Part shown: positions 1 through 10,110 of the stretch, in pieces
Numbering within the stretch: the first letter of the stretch is position 1
Layout of the letters: each line of letters starts with the position of its first letter
Source: an uncultured delta proteobacterium
GTDB lineage: Bacteria > Myxococcota > Myxococcia > Myxococcales > Anaeromyxobacteraceae
Reading direction: 5' to 3'
DNA length: 63,968 nt
Assembly: GCA_963845515.1 (NCBI GenBank)
Contig: CAWJSR010000011.1
Location: 1 to 63,968 of the forward strand
Notes under the pieces: generated by a model
Told to the model about the DNA's origin: nothing
Seen by the model: only the letters and a program-made list of their open reading frames with translations
The model's database searches: none
Translations under genes and position numbers: made by a program

Positions 1-34
1 CGCCCTAGCTCCGGTCATCTCCCGGTCGCCCGGC

Positions 35-1873
35 TCACGTCGCAGGCAGGGGCTCGGCGAGCTTGATCGCCTGGAGCGCATCCTGGAGGGAGACGCGCTG
101 CTCGTTCGTCTGCAGCTCCAGCTCTACCAGCCGCTTCGCCAGCCGCGCCAGCTTCTCCTCCAGCTCCCCGAGCCGGCCGGCCAGCCGCTGCCGCAGCTCC
201 TCGACCCCCTTCGTGTTGCGCGAGATGGCGCGCAGCCCCTCGCGCGCCTCCTCCGCCGCCGTCGAGAGGATCTCCCGCTCCCCCTGCAGCTTCTCCTGCT
301 CCCGCTGCGCGGCGACGAGCGCCTTCCGGATCTCCCACGCCTTCGCGAGCGGCACGGCCACCTTCGCGTCGGCGCGCGGTCGGCGAGGTAGCCCTTCACC
401 GCCTCGTCGGCCTCCGCCGAGAGCCAGTCGGCGGCCGTCTGGTACGGGCGCCGCTCCTCGACCACGACCTCGGCGGTCGCGTGACCGGCGACGGCGGCCG
501 GGACCAGCGCGGTCCCCTTCCCCACCTGCTCCTCGGTCCCCGCCGGCGGCTTGTGGAGCTTCATCCCCTGCGCGCGCGGGTGGCGGAGGATCACCTTCAC
601 GTCGGCCTCGCCGCCGTTCCGCACCCGGTAGGTGGACTTCTGCACCTGGTCCCGCTCCAGCGTGAGCCTCCCGGCCTCGATCCGCGCCAGCCGCGCGTCG
701 CGCGTCTCGCCCATCCGGTCCTGCTCCACCGCGATGCCGCGCTCGAGCGCGAACGGCACGGTCGCCTCGCCCCCCGCCGCGAGCGGCTCGAGGACGCCCT
801 GCCCGAGGAAGGAGCCGGCCTCGAAGACGGCGATCGGCCCCTTCTCGAAGAGCCCCCTCGTCGGGTTCTTGAAGCGCGCCACGCGGAAGGGGTGGCGCGA
901 CGAGTCAGGCACGCCGCCGTCCGGCGCGAACAGGTGGACCGCCTCGCCAGGCACCGGCTGCGCGAGGAGCAGCACCATCGTCGCGCTGTCCTTCGGGACG
1001 GTGACGTGGTTCGGCAGGTCGTAGCGGGTCGTGCCCGACTCGACCGCCATGTTGGCGAGGAGCGCCATGTCGCGCGGCATCGAGACGCCGCCCGCCGCGT
1101 CGTCCCGCCCGGCCTCGGCCTCCGCGGGCGCCTCGTCGCCCAGCGCGAAGGAGTCCGGCTCGAACGCCCCCTTCTTCATCGTCGGCCTGCGGGACTTCTC
1201 CATCATCGGCGCCGGCGCCGGCGTCGCCATCGACGCGGACGAAGGCGCTGGCGCCAGCGCGCGGGGCGCCTGGGCCAGCGTCGTCTCGGAGCGCGGCACG
1301 GCCGAGATCAGCTCGCCGGTGTCGCTCACCACCGGCCGGCGCGGGATGACCGGCGTGCCGAGCGTCGCCTGGAACGCGATCGGCGCCCCGGCCACGAGCG
1401 AGAGCGAGACGTCCCGCCAGTCCTCACCGGAGACGTTCTGGACGATCCCCCACGCCTGGAGCGTCGGCCCCTCCTTCGCGAGCACCAGTCGATACGAGGG
1501 GCGCCAAAGCGGCTGCTCCGTCACGTAGCCGACCGCGAGGTCGTGCGCCTCGCCGTCCAGCTCCAGCGTCACGGTCTGGAGGTCGTCCCCGGCACCCGGC
1601 TTCGCGTCGCTCCGCATCGGGAAGGACGCCGCGCGCACCGAGGAGCCGCCCCGCTCGACCACCGCCAGCGTCGCGAGGAAGTCGCCGACGTGGGACGGCC
1701 GGACCTTGAACTCGATCTTGTCCCCCTTCACCGTCCCGGAGCGCTCGAAGTAGCCCACGCCGTTCCGGTAGACGACGACGCGGCGTCAGGGGGAGCTGCT
1801 CGCTGCTGACGCCAGGCCCGTGGGCGCAGGCGGCGAGGGCGATCAGCGTGACGGCGACGGCTCGGATTCGCAT
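35..1873 (-). CDS. DUF4139-like lipoprotein with C-terminal coiled coil (apparent frameshifts near 1785 and 385)
   Basis: Three frames join into one protein: lipoprotein signal MRIRAVAVTLIALAAC (start 1873), core ..GYFERSG..WRPSYRL..LQAWGIVQNVSGEDWRDVSLSLVAGAP (124..1758 ORF) and a coiled-coil tail (35..361 ORF). Confidence 0.7.
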
Positions 1874-1898
1874 GTGGTCGGCTCCGGTTCGGGGAGGG

Positions 1899-2958
1899 TC
1901 AGGTCCAGCGGAAGAGCTTCAGCGCCAGGCCGAAGCTCACGGCGCCGACGGCGGCGAGCAGCGCGACCTGGGGCGCGATCGCCGAGAGCGACGCGCCCTC
2001 GTTCATCACCGCGCGGATGGCGTCGTTCAGCAAGGTCAGCGGCAGCACCTTCACGAGCGGCTGCAGCAGCGCCGGGAAGTTCTCCGACGAGAAGAAGACC
2101 CCCGACATCAACATCATCGGCATCATCACGAGGTTGATGAGCCCGCTCACCGTCTGGACGTTAGCGGCGCGCGCCGCGACGAGGAGGCCGAGCCCCGCGA
2201 AGGCGACCGCGCCGACGACGATGACGACGGCGAGCGTCCCGATCGCCCCCCGCAGGGGGATGCCGAACGTGAGGACGCCGAAGCCGAGCAGGAAGGGGAC
2301 CTCCAGCGCGAGGAAGAGGCTCCGTACGATGGCGAAGGACAGGAGGAAGTGCGATCCGACGCATCGGCGTCGCGGCGAGTCGCTTCAGCAGCTTCTTCTG
2401 CCGGTTCTCGACGATGACGTAGCCGATGCCCCACAGCCCGGTCGACATGACGTTCATGCCGAGGAGGCCGGGGATGAGGAAGTCCACGTAGCGCGAGCCC
2501 GGCTCGGACGCGGTCTCCTCCCGCGGGAGAGCAGATCCTTGCGACCCGCCGCCCGCTCCAGCAGGTCGTCCACCACGAGGTGCGCGAGCCGGCTCTCCGG
2601 CCGGGTCGGGTCGAAGCGGAGGACCGGCCGCGACCCCTGGCTCCACCACGACGGAGACTCGCCCCGTCCGGAGCGCCGTCGCCGCCGCCTCGGGCGGGAG
2701 GACCGTCGCCTCCACGTCCGCCCGGACCGCGAGGGCCGCGCGCGTCGTCTCGGCCGCGGGCCCGGCGACGACACCGACGCGGATCGGCTCCGGCGGGCGG
2801 CTGCGGAAGGCGATCCCAAGCGCGACGGTGAGCAGGATCGGGAAGAGGAAGGTCCAGAAGAGGATCGATGGCTCCCGGTAGAAGAGCCGGATCCGCGCCA
2901 GCGTCAGCTGCCAGAGCGGCGAGCGGTTCGGCTCGGGGCGCGTCGCGGGCTCAGTCAC
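1899..2958 (-). CDS. ABC-2 type transporter permease (apparent frameshifts near 2635, 2525, 2358)
   Basis: Segments REPSILFWTFLFP, RYVDFLIPGLLGMN, KKLLKRLAATPMRR and MMLMSGVFFS..LPLT lie in different frames; overlaps the ATPase gene. Confidence 0.8.
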
Positions 2959-3697
2959 GGAGCCGTCTCCCGGTGAGCGTGACGAAGACGTCCTCGAGCG
3001 TCGCCTGATCCGCGGGCACCCGGCCGGCGTGGCGCGCGACGAGCTCCGGGGTGGTCCCGAGCGCGATGATCCTACCGTGGTCCACGATCGCGACCCGGTC
3101 GCAGAGCCGCTCGGCCTCCTCCATGTAGTGCGTGGTGAGCAGCACCGTCTTCCCCTCGCGCTTGAGGTCCTCCATCACCTCCCAGAGGCTGCGCCGGGAC
3201 TGCGGATCGAGCCCTGTGGTCGGCTCGTCCAGGAAGAGGAGCTCGGGGTCGCCGACGAGCGCGCAGGCGACCGCGAGCCGCTGCCGCTGACCGCCCGAGA
3301 GCCGCTCCGACCAGGTGCGCCGCTTCTCGTCCAGCCCCGCCAGGCGAATCGCCTCGTCCACGCCTCGGCCGCTCGGGAAGAAGGAGCGGAAGAGGCGGAT
3401 GACCTCCTCGACCGTCAACTTGTCGGGGAGGCGCGTCTCCTGGAGCGTGATCCCGATGCGAGCGCGGAGCGACGTCGCATCGTGCGCCCAGCGCCCGCCG
3501 AGCACCTCCACGTCCCCCCCGTCCGGATCGAGGAGCCCCTCCAGGACCTCGAGCGTCGTCGTCTTTCCGGCGCCGTTCGGCCCGAGCAGGCCGAAGCACT
3601 CCCCGGCATGCACCTCGAGGTCGAGCCCGTCGACGGCCACGACGTCGGGCGGGAAGCGCTTGACGAGCCCACGGACCTGGATGGCGAGCGGTGGCAT
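2951..3697 (-). CDS. ABC transporter ATP-binding protein
   Basis: Walker A GPNGAGKTT, signature LSGGQRQR, Walker B LFLDEPT, H-loop TTHY. Start placed at MPPLAIQV; the longer ORF overlaps the divergent gene. Confidence 0.92.
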   Translation of the reverse strand: MPPLAIQVRGLVKRFPPDVVAVDGLDLEVHAGECFGLLGPNGAGKTTTLEVLEGLLDPDGGDVEVLGGRWAHDATSLRARIGITLQETRLPDKLTVEEVIRLFRSFFPSGRGVDEAIRLAGLDEKRRTWSERLSGGQRQRLAVACALVGDPELLFLDEPTTGLDPQSRRSLWEVMEDLKREGKTVLLTTHYMEEAERLCDRVAIVDHGRIIALGTTPELVARHAGRVPADQATLEDVFVTLTGRRLRD

Positions 3698-3817
3698 GGC
3701 CGCCATCATCGCACCGTATGGCATCACGGGTTCACGCGGAGGTGGTGGGCCAGTACGCACCCCTGGCAATGCGCCGCGCGGGCGGCGTATCGTTTGGGTT
3801 CTTCGGGAGGCTCGCGC

Positions 3818-4405
3818 ATGCCAGAGTTCGTGAACAACCCCCGGCAGTCGCCCCGTGCGGCGATCGGCTGCGACGCCCGCGTGGCGCTGGTGGACGGACG
3901 GTTCTTCACTGGCGCGACCATCGACTACGGGCCGCATGGCTGCCAGCTGGTCGCGCCGCACCCCCTCTCGCCCGACGAGCGGATCTTCGTGGAGCTGAAG
4001 GGCGCGGGCGTTCCGGAGACCTACTGGTTCTCGGGACGGATCGCCTGGGCCGGTGACGGCCCCCCGTTCCGGGCGGGGGTCCACTTCGACGCCGGCAGCG
4101 CAGGCGACGCGAAGGGGTTCTTCTTCAAGCTCGCGGACACCCACCCTGACGCGATCGACACGGGCCGCGCCCCATCCCAGCTCTCCCTCGACGCGCGGGT
4201 CGTCCCGGCGCAGGGCCAGTCGGACGAGACGCTCCACCCGGTGGAGGCCGAGGTGATGCGCGCGGTGGCCACGGGCGCGAGCCTCCGCGACCTCCGCGAG
4301 AGGCTGGGCGACCGCTGGGAGCCCTGCCTCAATGCGCTCTTCTCGCTGCTCGCGAGGAGCGAGCTGGAGGTCGAGACGCCCGACCGCCCGGACTCCGCCG
4401 CTTGA
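3818..4405 (+). CDS. PilZ-domain protein with C-terminal helical/winged-helix-like region
   Basis: PilZ motifs RQSPR and DYGPHG, then GRIAW..AGVHF; GGGAGG ribosome-binding site (RBS) upstream of ATG 3818. Confidence 0.75.
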   Translation: MPEFVNNPRQSPRAAIGCDARVALVDGRFFTGATIDYGPHGCQLVAPHPLSPDERIFVELKGAGVPETYWFSGRIAWAGDGPPFRAGVHFDAGSAGDAKGFFFKLADTHPDAIDTGRAPSQLSLDARVVPAQGQSDETLHPVEAEVMRAVATGASLRDLRERLGDRWEPCLNALFSLLARSELEVETPDRPDSAA

Positions 4406-5673
4406 TCGCGCGCCGCTGGCTCGTCGCCGCCGCAGGCACGGTCCTCATGGCGTGCCTCGGAACCGTGTACGCCTGGAGTCTCTTCGCGCAGCCGCTCGCG
4501 GTGGCCTTTGGCTGGTCCTCCGCCCGTACGACCGCCCCCTTCGCCGCCGCGATCTTCTTCCTGGGCGTGGGCGCCATCCTGGGAGGGCGCTGGCAGGACC
4601 GGGCGGGGCCGCGCCCGGTCGCCATCACCGGCGCCGTCCTCTGGGGGCTCGGCAACCTCCTCGCCGGGCTCGGCACCGCCAGGCTCGGCTCCCCGTGGCT
4701 CGTCGCGACCTTCGGTGTCCTGGGCGGCCTCGGCCTCGGCCTCGGCTACGTGACGCCCGTCGCTGCCGTGACCAAGTGGTTCCCCGACAAGCGCGGCCTC
4801 GGCAGCGGGCTCGTGGTCATGGGCTTCGGACTGGGTGCCTTCTTCTACGCGACGCTCCTCAAGTCGCTCCCCGCCTTCGCCGCGGTTGCCGCCGAGGCCG
4901 CGGCGCTCGCGAAGGCAGGCGGCGCGCTCTCCACCGAGTCAACCGAGGTCCTCCTCGGGACGTTCACCGTCTCCGGCGCGGTCCTGCTCGTCCTCGGCGG
5001 AGCCTCGGCGACGCTCGTGGCCAACCCGCCCCCGGACCTGATCCTTCCGGCGCCGGGGATGGCCGCCGCAGCCCTCCCCGGCCCCGCCGTGGACATGACC
5101 CCGGCGCAGGCGCTCCGCCGCCCGCAGTTCTGGTCGCTCTGGGCGATGCTCTTCCTCAACGTCACCGCCGGGATCCTCTTCATCTCCAACGCCGTCCCCA
5201 TCCTGCGCGAGCTGACTGGCGCAGCTCCGGCCGCGGCCTCTGCAGCCTACGGGATCATCGCCGTGGCCAATGGCCTCGGCCGCTTCCTCTGGGGCGCCAT
5301 CTCCGACCGAATCGGGCGCCGCGCAGCGTACGTCCTCATCTATGGCCTCCAGGTCGCCATCTTCCTCGCCGTGGGCGGCGTCCACGCGCTGGGGGCCGCC
5401 TCCGCCCTCTTCGCCGTGGTCCTCCTCTGCTATGGCGGCGGCTTCGGGACGATGCCCTCCTTCGTGGCCGACTGGTTCGGGACGCGCCACCTCGGCGTGA
5501 ACTACGGCTGGATCCTCTCTGCGTGGGGCGTCGCAGGGATCGCGGGACCCATCTTCGTCGCGCTCGTGAAGGACCAGACTGGCTCATACGCCGGAGCCCT
5601 GCCATGGATCGCCGGCCTGCTGGCCTGCGCGGCCACCCTCCCGGCCGTCACGCGGCGCCCCGTCCCGCCGTAG
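4402..5673 (+). CDS. MFS transporter, oxalate/formate antiporter (OFA)-like
   Basis: About 12 hydrophobic segments; GTVYAWSLF, GRWQDRAGPR, KWFPDKRGLGSG, GAISDRIGRR, YGGGFG. Confidence 0.9.
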   Translation: MIARRWLVAAAGTVLMACLGTVYAWSLFAQPLAVAFGWSSARTTAPFAAAIFFLGVGAILGGRWQDRAGPRPVAITGAVLWGLGNLLAGLGTARLGSPWLVATFGVLGGLGLGLGYVTPVAAVTKWFPDKRGLGSGLVVMGFGLGAFFYATLLKSLPAFAAVAAEAAALAKAGGALSTESTEVLLGTFTVSGAVLLVLGGASATLVANPPPDLILPAPGMAAAALPGPAVDMTPAQALRRPQFWSLWAMLFLNVTAGILFISNAVPILRELTGAAPAAASAAYGIIAVANGLGRFLWGAISDRIGRRAAYVLIYGLQVAIFLAVGGVHALGAASALFAVVLLCYGGGFGTMPSFVADWFGTRHLGVNYGWILSAWGVAGIAGPIFVALVKDQTGSYAGALPWIAGLLACAATLPAVTRRPVPP

Positions 5674-5712
5674 CGCGAGCGGGGAGGGGGCCTTCGGTTC
5701 GATGGGACGACG

Positions 5713-6108
5713 TCATCGCCCGCCGGTTCTGGCCGCTCGCAGGGACTCGAGCGACGCCTCGAGCGCGTCGAGGAGGCGAGCCGTCCGGCGCGACTCGGTT
5801 CGAAGGCGGCGCACGAGCTTCCTCGTTTCACCTGGGACGCCGTATTCTCCCTCCGGCTCGGCGGCCACCCTCCGGGATGCCGAGGCGTCGGAAGACAAGC
5901 CCAGGAGCGAGTCGGTGCTGGCGCCGAGGGCACCGGAGAGGCGGACGAGGGTGTCGGCGCGTGGCAGGACGCCGCCGCGTTCGAGACGACCGTAGGCCTC
6001 CACGGCGATCCCGACCCGCTCCGCGAGCTCAGCCTGGGTCCAACCGAGGGCATTCCTCGCCGCCCTCAGTTCGCGAGCGAAGGTTGCGGAAAGCGATTTC
6101 GAGGTCAA
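5713..6108 (-). CDS. XRE-family helix-turn-helix transcriptional regulator
   Basis: LRAARNALGWTQAELAERVGIAVEAYGRLERGGVLP, a typical myxobacterial XRE HTH. Confidence 0.85.
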   Translation of the reverse strand: MTSKSLSATFARELRAARNALGWTQAELAERVGIAVEAYGRLERGGVLPRADTLVRLSGALGASTDSLLGLSSDASASRRVAAEPEGEYGVPGETRKLVRRLRTESRRTARLLDALEASLESLRAARTGGR

Positions 6109-6273
6109 GCGATCCCCGTCTGCAGGAGAGGGGGATCTCTTAGAGCGTTTCGGTTGACCAGATGAGAACGCTCGCGTAGGGTCGTGTGACAGAACGTCAA
6201 GGTAGGTACGTTTGAGTCGTTCATGCTTCGGGGGGACGGGATGCGCGGACGCGAGCGCGGCGACGGGGACCCA

Positions 6274-6690
6274 ATGGCACGCGGGACGGCCCTGGTGCTT
6301 GCGATAGATGACGAGGCGGAGGTTCTATCGCTCCTGGAGTTGACCCTCCAGGGTTTGCCGATCCGGTTGCGATGCGTGGGCACCGCAGAGGAGGCGCTCG
6401 AGGCCATCGCTGTCGAGGTGCCAGCGGCGATCGTGAGCGATCACCGGTTGCCGGGCATGCTGGGGCTCGAGCTTCTCCAACGGCTGCGGGAACGGCTGCC
6501 CGGGATCGCGACCATCCTGTTCACGGCGGACGCGGAAGTGCGCTGGCGAGCCCATCAGTTGCCGTTTCCGGTGCTGGAGAAGGGCTCGTCGCCCGAGGCC
6601 GTGCGAGGCGCGATCTCCGCCCTCCTCGCGCATACGGTCCCCGAAGCAGGAAAGGAGCGGCTCAATGTCGTTGCGAGCAGTCGTCGCTGA
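6274..6690 (+). CDS. Single-domain response regulator (receiver)
   Basis: LAIDDE, phospho-acceptor IVSDHRLPG, FT, LEK. Start uncertain (6223, 6241 or 6274). Confidence 0.8.
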   Translation: MARGTALVLAIDDEAEVLSLLELTLQGLPIRLRCVGTAEEALEAIAVEVPAAIVSDHRLPGMLGLELLQRLRERLPGIATILFTADAEVRWRAHQLPFPVLEKGSSPEAVRGAISALLAHTVPEAGKERLNVVASSRR

Positions 6691-6889
6691 GAATCTCCGC
6701 GCCCTGCGGCTCAAGGTGGGGGTGTCGCAGGAGGCGCTCGCGAAGAAGAGCGGGCTCTCGGTGAGCTACGTGTCCATGTTGGAGCGGGGCCTCAGAGTGC
6801 CGCCGCTCGACACCCTGGAGGCCTTGTCGAAGGCGCTCGGTGTTTCGCCAGTCCGGCTCCTGCAGGAGATCGCTGGCAGAGGCTCCTGA
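6665..6889 (+). CDS. Small XRE-family HTH protein
   Basis: ENLRALRLKVGVSQEALAKKSGLSVSYVSMLERG; AAGGAG RBS; overlaps the 3' end of the receiver gene. Confidence 0.85.
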   Translation: MSLRAVVAENLRALRLKVGVSQEALAKKSGLSVSYVSMLERGLRVPPLDTLEALSKALGVSPVRLLQEIAGRGS

Positions 6890-6933
6890 GGTCGCGGCGA
6901 GAACGTGAGCGTGCAGACGCCCACTCCCCGCCG

Positions 6934-8643
6934 TCACCGCCCGCCCCGGCGCCTGGCCCGTTCGGCCTCTAGCGCGGTCGCCAGCGCGCCGTCCTGACCG
7001 TAGATGTCCTCGACGAAGCGTGGGACGCGGTCCTCCCCGACCATGGCCGTGAAGTACCCGACCAGCACCGGCACCGATTGCGTGAGCGGCACCTCCACGG
7101 TGCGGCTGCCGTGCATCGTCCGCCGGATCGCCGCGGCGCTCCAGCCGGGCTCCTCGCTCAGCAACCACTCGGCGAGCGCGACCGGAGCCTCCACGCGGAT
7201 GCAGCCGTGGCTGAAGTCGCGGCGCGAGCGCGAGAAGAGCTCGGTCGCAGGAGTGTCGTGGAGGTAGATCGAGCCGTCGTTCGCGAAGGCGAACTTCACG
7301 AGCCCCAGGGCGTTGTCGGGACCTGCGCGCTGGCGAAGCCGAAGGGCTCCGCTCCGGAGACCGGCGAGCAGCGCCGGGGTCGGGAGCGGCGGGATCGCCG
7401 ACTCGCGGGCGTCGAGCACCTCGAAGCCCGCGTCGGCGAGGAAGGCCCTGCTGGCCTCGATGCGCGCCACCAGCTCCTTGCGCTGGATGCCCAGCGGCAC
7501 CTTCCAGGTCGGGCGGAAGATCACCCGCTCGAGGTCGGAGGCGAAGACCGGCGTCCCCCAGCGGTAGGCCTGTCCGACCACCACGCGCATCGAGAGCGAC
7601 CAGCCATCCTCGGCGCGCAGCCTGAACTCCGGAACGTTCACGACGATCGACGCGTCAGGCAGGTGGCGCGGGATCCATCGCCAGCGCTCGAGCGTGAGCG
7701 CGAGCTGGTCCGCCCGGCGGAGCAGCGGCACGCCGAGCTCGTGCACCGTCGCCTCGTCCACGAAGCCGGTCGCCTCCAGCCCGTGGCGTCCCTGGAAGCG
7801 CGCCACCGCCTCGGAGAGCGGCGAGGTGCAGGCCTGCTCCGGTGCGCCGACGGGCGCGTCGGTCCCGTCGAGATCGCCAAGCGCTCGCAGCCGCTCCGCG
7901 AGCGGCCCGCTCGCCGCGTAGCTCTCGGGCGCCACGGGCCCTGCGGTGGGCGGCGGCAGCGCGGTCTGAGCCTCCCTGGCGGCGAGCACGAGCAGCTCGG
8001 GGAGGAGGGCGAGCGCCCGGCGGTATCCCGGCATCGTGGGCTCGACCTGGGCGAAGGACGCCTCCGCGTCGGCCGCGCCCGCGGCGGCCTCCACGGCGCC
8101 GACGAGATCCGGCGCCGGCTCGCCGTACGCAGGTGGCTGGATCCTTCCCAGGATCTCCGTCCCCGGCACGGGCCGGATCCGACCGTGGGCGAGGTCCGCG
8201 GCGTAGCGCAGCGCGGAGACGGTGAGCGCGACGTCGGCGCGGACCCGCTCTGGCTCGCTGGCGCCTGGCCTCTCCAGCGACGCGAGCCGGCCCTCCCATT
8301 CGTCGCCGCCGTAGTCGACCGGGTCGAGCCCCTTCCCCGCCGCGTTCATGAGGAGGCCCGCCACCTGCCAGGCGGCGCTGGTCGGGCGCCCGCCTTCGGT
8401 CCACGCGAGCGTCCAGCGCCGCCCCTCGTAGAAGCGGCTCAGCTCGCCGCGCAGATCCCGGAAGTCGGCCCACAGGAGCTCCGCGTCGACTCCACCCTCG
8501 ACTGAGGCGCGCAGGATGCGCCCCCCTGCCTCGGAGAGCCCCGGCATGACCGGCAGGGCCAGGTCGGTCCAGCCGACGCCCGGCTGCGCCGCCGTCGCCG
8601 ACGCGGCCGCGAGTGACGCGACGATGAGCAGGTTCCCGAGCAT
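6934..8643 (-). CDS. L,D-transpeptidase, YcbB/LdtD-like, with peptidoglycan-binding domain
   Basis: Signal peptide MLGNLLIVASLAAASA, PG-binding AVARFQGRHGLEATG, VNVPEFRL, catalytic IYLHDTP..FSHGCIRV. Confidence 0.9.
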   Translation of the reverse strand: MLGNLLIVASLAAASATAAQPGVGWTDLALPVMPGLSEAGGRILRASVEGGVDAELLWADFRDLRGELSRFYEGRRWTLAWTEGGRPTSAAWQVAGLLMNAAGKGLDPVDYGGDEWEGRLASLERPGASEPERVRADVALTVSALRYAADLAHGRIRPVPGTEILGRIQPPAYGEPAPDLVGAVEAAAGAADAEASFAQVEPTMPGYRRALALLPELLVLAAREAQTALPPPTAGPVAPESYAASGPLAERLRALGDLDGTDAPVGAPEQACTSPLSEAVARFQGRHGLEATGFVDEATVHELGVPLLRRADQLALTLERWRWIPRHLPDASIVVNVPEFRLRAEDGWSLSMRVVVGQAYRWGTPVFASDLERVIFRPTWKVPLGIQRKELVARIEASRAFLADAGFEVLDARESAIPPLPTPALLAGLRSGALRLRQRAGPDNALGLVKFAFANDGSIYLHDTPATELFSRSRRDFSHGCIRVEAPVALAEWLLSEEPGWSAAAIRRTMHGSRTVEVPLTQSVPVLVGYFTAMVGEDRVPRFVEDIYGQDGALATALEAERARRRGGR

Positions 8644-8765
8644 GGCCTCTACATGGATCGTACGCTCCGTAAGGAGCGAACGCGGGGACCCCGGTGGGCC
8701 TGGGTCGCGGCGCCCCCGTGGGAAAAGGCCGGCCCCCAATGACTCCGGGCGCTTACAATCCCGGC

Positions 8766-9476
8766 ATGGTCAAGGATCTCGAGCAGGCGAACCCTCCGGC
8801 GATCCCCGGCGTGCGAGCGGCCGTGTTCGACGCCTACGGAACGCTCTTCGATCTCGCTGGCGCCACCGCGACCGCGCGCGACGTGATCGGCGACCGGCTC
8901 CCGGTCCTCGCCGAGCTCTGGCGCACGAAGCAGCTCCAGTACACGTGGCTCCGCAGCCTGACCGGCCAGCACGCCGACTTCTGGAGGGTGACGGCCGACG
9001 CGCTCGACTTCGCGCTCGCCAGCCTTGGCATCGCGGACGGCGAGCTGCGCGAGCGGCTGATGGGGGCCTACGAGCGGCTCGGGCCCTACCCCGACGCCCG
9101 GCCGGCGTTGGAGCGGCTGAAGGCCGGCGGCCTCAGGCTCGCGATCCTCTCCAACGGCGCGCCTCGGATGCTGGGCGCCGCCGCCCGCAACGCCCAGCTC
9201 ACCGACCTGCTGGAGACGATCTTCTCGATCGAGGAGATCGGCATCTACAAGCCGCACCCGAACGTCTACAGGCTCGCCGTCGAGCGGCTGGGGCTCTGGC
9301 CCGGCGAGATCCTCTTCGTCTCGTCCAACGGCTGGGACGCGTACGGGGCCAAGGCCTTCGGCCTGCGCGTCGCCTGGTGCAACAGATCGCGCCAGCCCGC
9401 CGAGCGGCTCCCAGCCGTGCCGGACGTCGAGATCAACTCGCTCTCCGAGCTGCCGGGGCTGCTCGGGCTGAAGTGA
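8766..9476 (+). CDS. Haloacid dehalogenase type II
   Basis: FDAYGTLFD, WRTKQLQYTW, ILSNG, YKPHP, FVSSNGWD. Confidence 0.92.
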   Translation: MVKDLEQANPPAIPGVRAAVFDAYGTLFDLAGATATARDVIGDRLPVLAELWRTKQLQYTWLRSLTGQHADFWRVTADALDFALASLGIADGELRERLMGAYERLGPYPDARPALERLKAGGLRLAILSNGAPRMLGAAARNAQLTDLLETIFSIEEIGIYKPHPNVYRLAVERLGLWPGEILFVSSNGWDAYGAKAFGLRVAWCNRSRQPAERLPAVPDVEINSLSELPGLLGLK

Positions 9477-9544
9477 CCCTCGAAGCCATCCCCTGAAACT
9501 CCCCGCGCACGCTGCGCGGGGGCGTTGGCCTTCACTGGGAGTCT

Positions 9545-9580
9545 CCCTCTCCCCACCGGGGGAGAGGGCAGGGTGAGGGG
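9545..9580. repeat. REP-like palindrome (CCCTCTCCCC-n-GGGGAGAGGG plus GGGTGAGGGG tail)
   Basis: Hairpin between convergent genes; same family as the copies at 12630, 21853, 25054, 34949, 36053 and 44878. Confidence 0.75.
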
Positions 9581-9583
9581 GCG

Positions 9584-9988
9584 TTACTTCCGCTTCTCCT
9601 CGATCTCCTTCTGCAGCTTCTCGAGCTCGGGGGCGGGCTTCACCTCGCCCTCCTTCTTCTCACCAGTGGCCTCCTTGCCGGTGAGGTGCGCCATGCCGGG
9701 GGCGTAGCCGGGGACGACGAGCTCGCCCGCGCCGCCGCGGAAGACGCCCGCGACCTTGACGCCGACGGCCTGCGCGAAGAGGACGAAGCCGATCATCGGG
9801 AGGAACATGAGGAAGAGGGCGCCGAGGAGGGGCGTCAGCGCGAGCGCAGCGACCCACGGGATGGCGAACCAGGTGCCCTTCTCGTTCGGGAGCCGCTCGC
9901 CGTCACGGGAGACCGGGACGATGCTCATGGTGATGGGGTTGAAGTAGTAGCCGCTCTTCACCGTCGCGTTGCTCTCGTACCGGGTCAT
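9584..9988 (-). CDS. Small hypothetical membrane protein
   Basis: Strong GC3 codon bias, GGGAG RBS, hydrophobic hairpin PWVAALALTPLLGALFLMFLPMIGFVLF, charged C-terminus. Confidence 0.75.
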   Translation of the reverse strand: MTRYESNATVKSGYYFNPITMSIVPVSRDGERLPNEKGTWFAIPWVAALALTPLLGALFLMFLPMIGFVLFAQAVGVKVAGVFRGGAGELVVPGYAPGMAHLTGKEATGEKKEGEVKPAPELEKLQKEIEEKRK

Positions 9989-10110
9989 GTCGTGCTCCCT
10001 TTCTTGAGCCCACTCTCTCGCATCCAGAGCGGCGTCGATATTGGGCGGAGTGCGGGCGCGGAGGCCTTTGATTCCGGTGCCGGCCTCCGGAAAACACCCT
10101 AGAGGCCGGC

